This document shows, piece after piece, positions 60,076-61,203 of a stretch of DNA of 61,203 bases. The position numbers and the translations under genes are program-made. Source of the stretch: a bacterium (GTDB taxonomy: Bacteria > Patescibacteriota > Doudnabacteria > UBA920); assembly GCA_021791515.1 (NCBI GenBank), contig JAJYWK010000012.1, forward strand, positions 1-61,203. The letters are read 5' to 3'. Numbering within the stretch: the stretch's first letter is position 1; each line of letters starts with the position of its first letter. Below the pieces are notes generated by a model. It did not search any database, was not told where the DNA came from, and saw only the letters and a list, made by a program, of their open reading frames with translations.

Positions 60076-61203
60076 TCATAAAATATTTTCTTCTAACTTT
60101 GTAGAGGCCTCGATAAATTTTTTACATTCGCCTTTATCCAAGTATACTAAATCCTCAATCCTTATGCCACCAAGCTTAGGAATGTACACCCCGGGCTCAA
60201 TGGAAAACACCATGCCGTTTTGCAATATATCTTTTGACCCAGGCGACAAATTCGGCAGTTCGTGGATTTCCAACCCCGTGCCGTGGCCCAAGGAATGGAT
60301 GAAATATTTGTCCAAGTGTTTTTCCGCCAGAACATCAACCGCGCGCTGATACAAATCGTTGCCAGTTACAATACTGTCATTGCGAGGAGCCCCGCCTCTG
60401 GCGGGGCGACGAAGTAATCCCTTACCTGATATGAGATTGCTTCGCTCGGATGCACTCGCTCGCAATGGCATACACGAATTATACGCCTTCTCCACCTGAT
60501 TATACGCTTCTTCCAAACGCGGCGAAACTTTTTTTAAAAACACCGTCCGTGTAAAATCACTGCAGTAATTTTTGTACTTAAAACCAAAATCGATGATAAT
60601 TGATTCGCCGGGCTTTAATTTTTTGTTAGATGGCACATGATGCGGTACGGCCGCGTTGGCGCCGCAGGCCACAATGGGCGGAAAACTCACGTCCTCCGCG
60701 CCCAATTTTAGGCCGGCTGATTTAATAAAATTAGCCAGCCTGAATTCCGTCATCCCCGGTTTTTTTATTTCCCGCCTGACCTGATCAAATACTTTACCAA
60801 CAATGTTCATTGATTTGCCAACCAACCTTATTTCCCCAGGCTCTTTTATTTGCCGCTGGTAATCCACCGGACTTTTAACGTGGTTAATTTTTACCTTATA
60901 CCTTATGCCTTTTACCTTTTTCCTGATGTAATTATATTCTCTAAAACTAAACTCATCCTCCAACTCCAATTTTTCAGCCCTGCCCAAATATAGTCCGATA
61001 TTTTTTAGCCTGTCTGACTTGATGCCTTCCACGTGCTCTAACCCATCCCCAAAAAATACTGTCTTAGCCCTCAGCCCTTCTCGCTTAGCGCTAGGTATAA
61101 CCAGCAAATACCCATGCATAAAAGAACGACCTGTCAAATACAACAGGTTTTCTTTTTTCTTTATTAAAACTGGATTTCTTAAATCCGCCTGAAGTTTTTT
61201 TAT
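60076..61203 (-). CDS. Xaa-Pro aminopeptidase (M24B) family, 5' end beyond window
   Basis: HSLGHGTGLEIHE, GMVFSIEPGVY, IRIEDLV. The frame stays open upstream of the tracked TTG start to nt 61203 (IKKLQADLRNPVLIKKKENLLYLTGRS). Confidence 0.88.
   Translation of the reverse strand: MKKLQADLRNPVLIKKKENLLYLTGRSFMHGYLLVIPSAKREGLRAKTVFFGDGLEHVEGIKSDRLKNIGLYLGRAEKLELEDEFSFREYNYIRKKVKGIRYKVKINHVKSPVDYQRQIKEPGEIRLVGKSMNIVGKVFDQVRREIKKPGMTEFRLANFIKSAGLKLGAEDVSFPPIVACGANAAVPHHVPSNKKLKPGESIIIDFGFKYKNYCSDFTRTVFLKKVSPRLEEAYNQVEKAYNSCMPLRASASERSNLISGKGLLRRPARGGAPRNDSIVTGNDLYQRAVDVLAEKHLDKYFIHSLGHGTGLEIHELPNLSPGSKDILQNGMVFSIEPGVYIPKLGGIRIEDLVYLDKGECKKFIEASTKLEENIL
60376..60468. repeat. GTCATYCC-type MITE-like element inserted in-frame (93 nt) in the PepP-like gene
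   Basis: GTCATTGCGAGGAGCCCCGCCTCTGGCGGGGCGACG...CGGATGCACTCGCTCGCAATGGC; encodes PLRASASERSNLISGKGLLRRPARGGAPRND. Confidence 0.85.

Overview
AT-rich, gene-dense bacterial chromosome segment with nearly all genes on the minus strand. It carries the str-S10-spc ribosomal-protein supercluster (rpsL, rpsG, fusA, tuf, rpsJ ... rpsE, rplO, secY; no L30 gene). Flanking it are housekeeping genes (dnaX, purH, glyA, leuS, metG, tsaC, nfo, uppP, parB, maf, TatD-, PepP- and HtrA-like) and small selfish-type genes (four-helix-bundle, GxxExxY, DUF559). Gene content and style suggest a Patescibacteria (CPR)-type genome; this is inference only. The main anomaly is not a classical gene system. It is a pervasive layer of GC-rich palindromic mosaic (MITE-like) elements, seen in four forms. 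(i) Eleven same-orientation 145-272-nt hairpin cassettes fill the gaps between ribosomal-protein cistrons, and each ends in the SD-like box and start codon of the next gene. (ii) In-frame copies sit inside essential genes (dnaX, fusA, purH, tsaC, leuS, metG, nfo, TatD-like, PepP-like). (iii) Some elements carry or disrupt tRNAs: an exact tRNA-Leu(CAA)-inside-tRNA-Leu(CAA) nesting, and a tRNA-Pro(GGG) cluster with three tRNA-derived fragments. (iv) Diverged duplicates of gene 3' ends lie next to such elements (tuf, VirD4-like ATPase). Other notable items: a LeuRS with a complete alpha/beta-hydrolase domain (GHSLG, Asp, His) inserted in the CP1 editing domain; a ~1.5-kb GC-rich, ORF-poor, hairpin-dense region next to the tRNA-Pro cluster (candidate large ncRNA or island remnant); GC-rich mini-genes with their own promoter/SD/terminator wedged into the str operon; and a HIT gene with an in-frame TGA just before the histidine triad. 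No rRNA, CRISPR array, transposase or integrase gene was seen. All calls are from reading the sequence and ORF track by eye; no searches were run.
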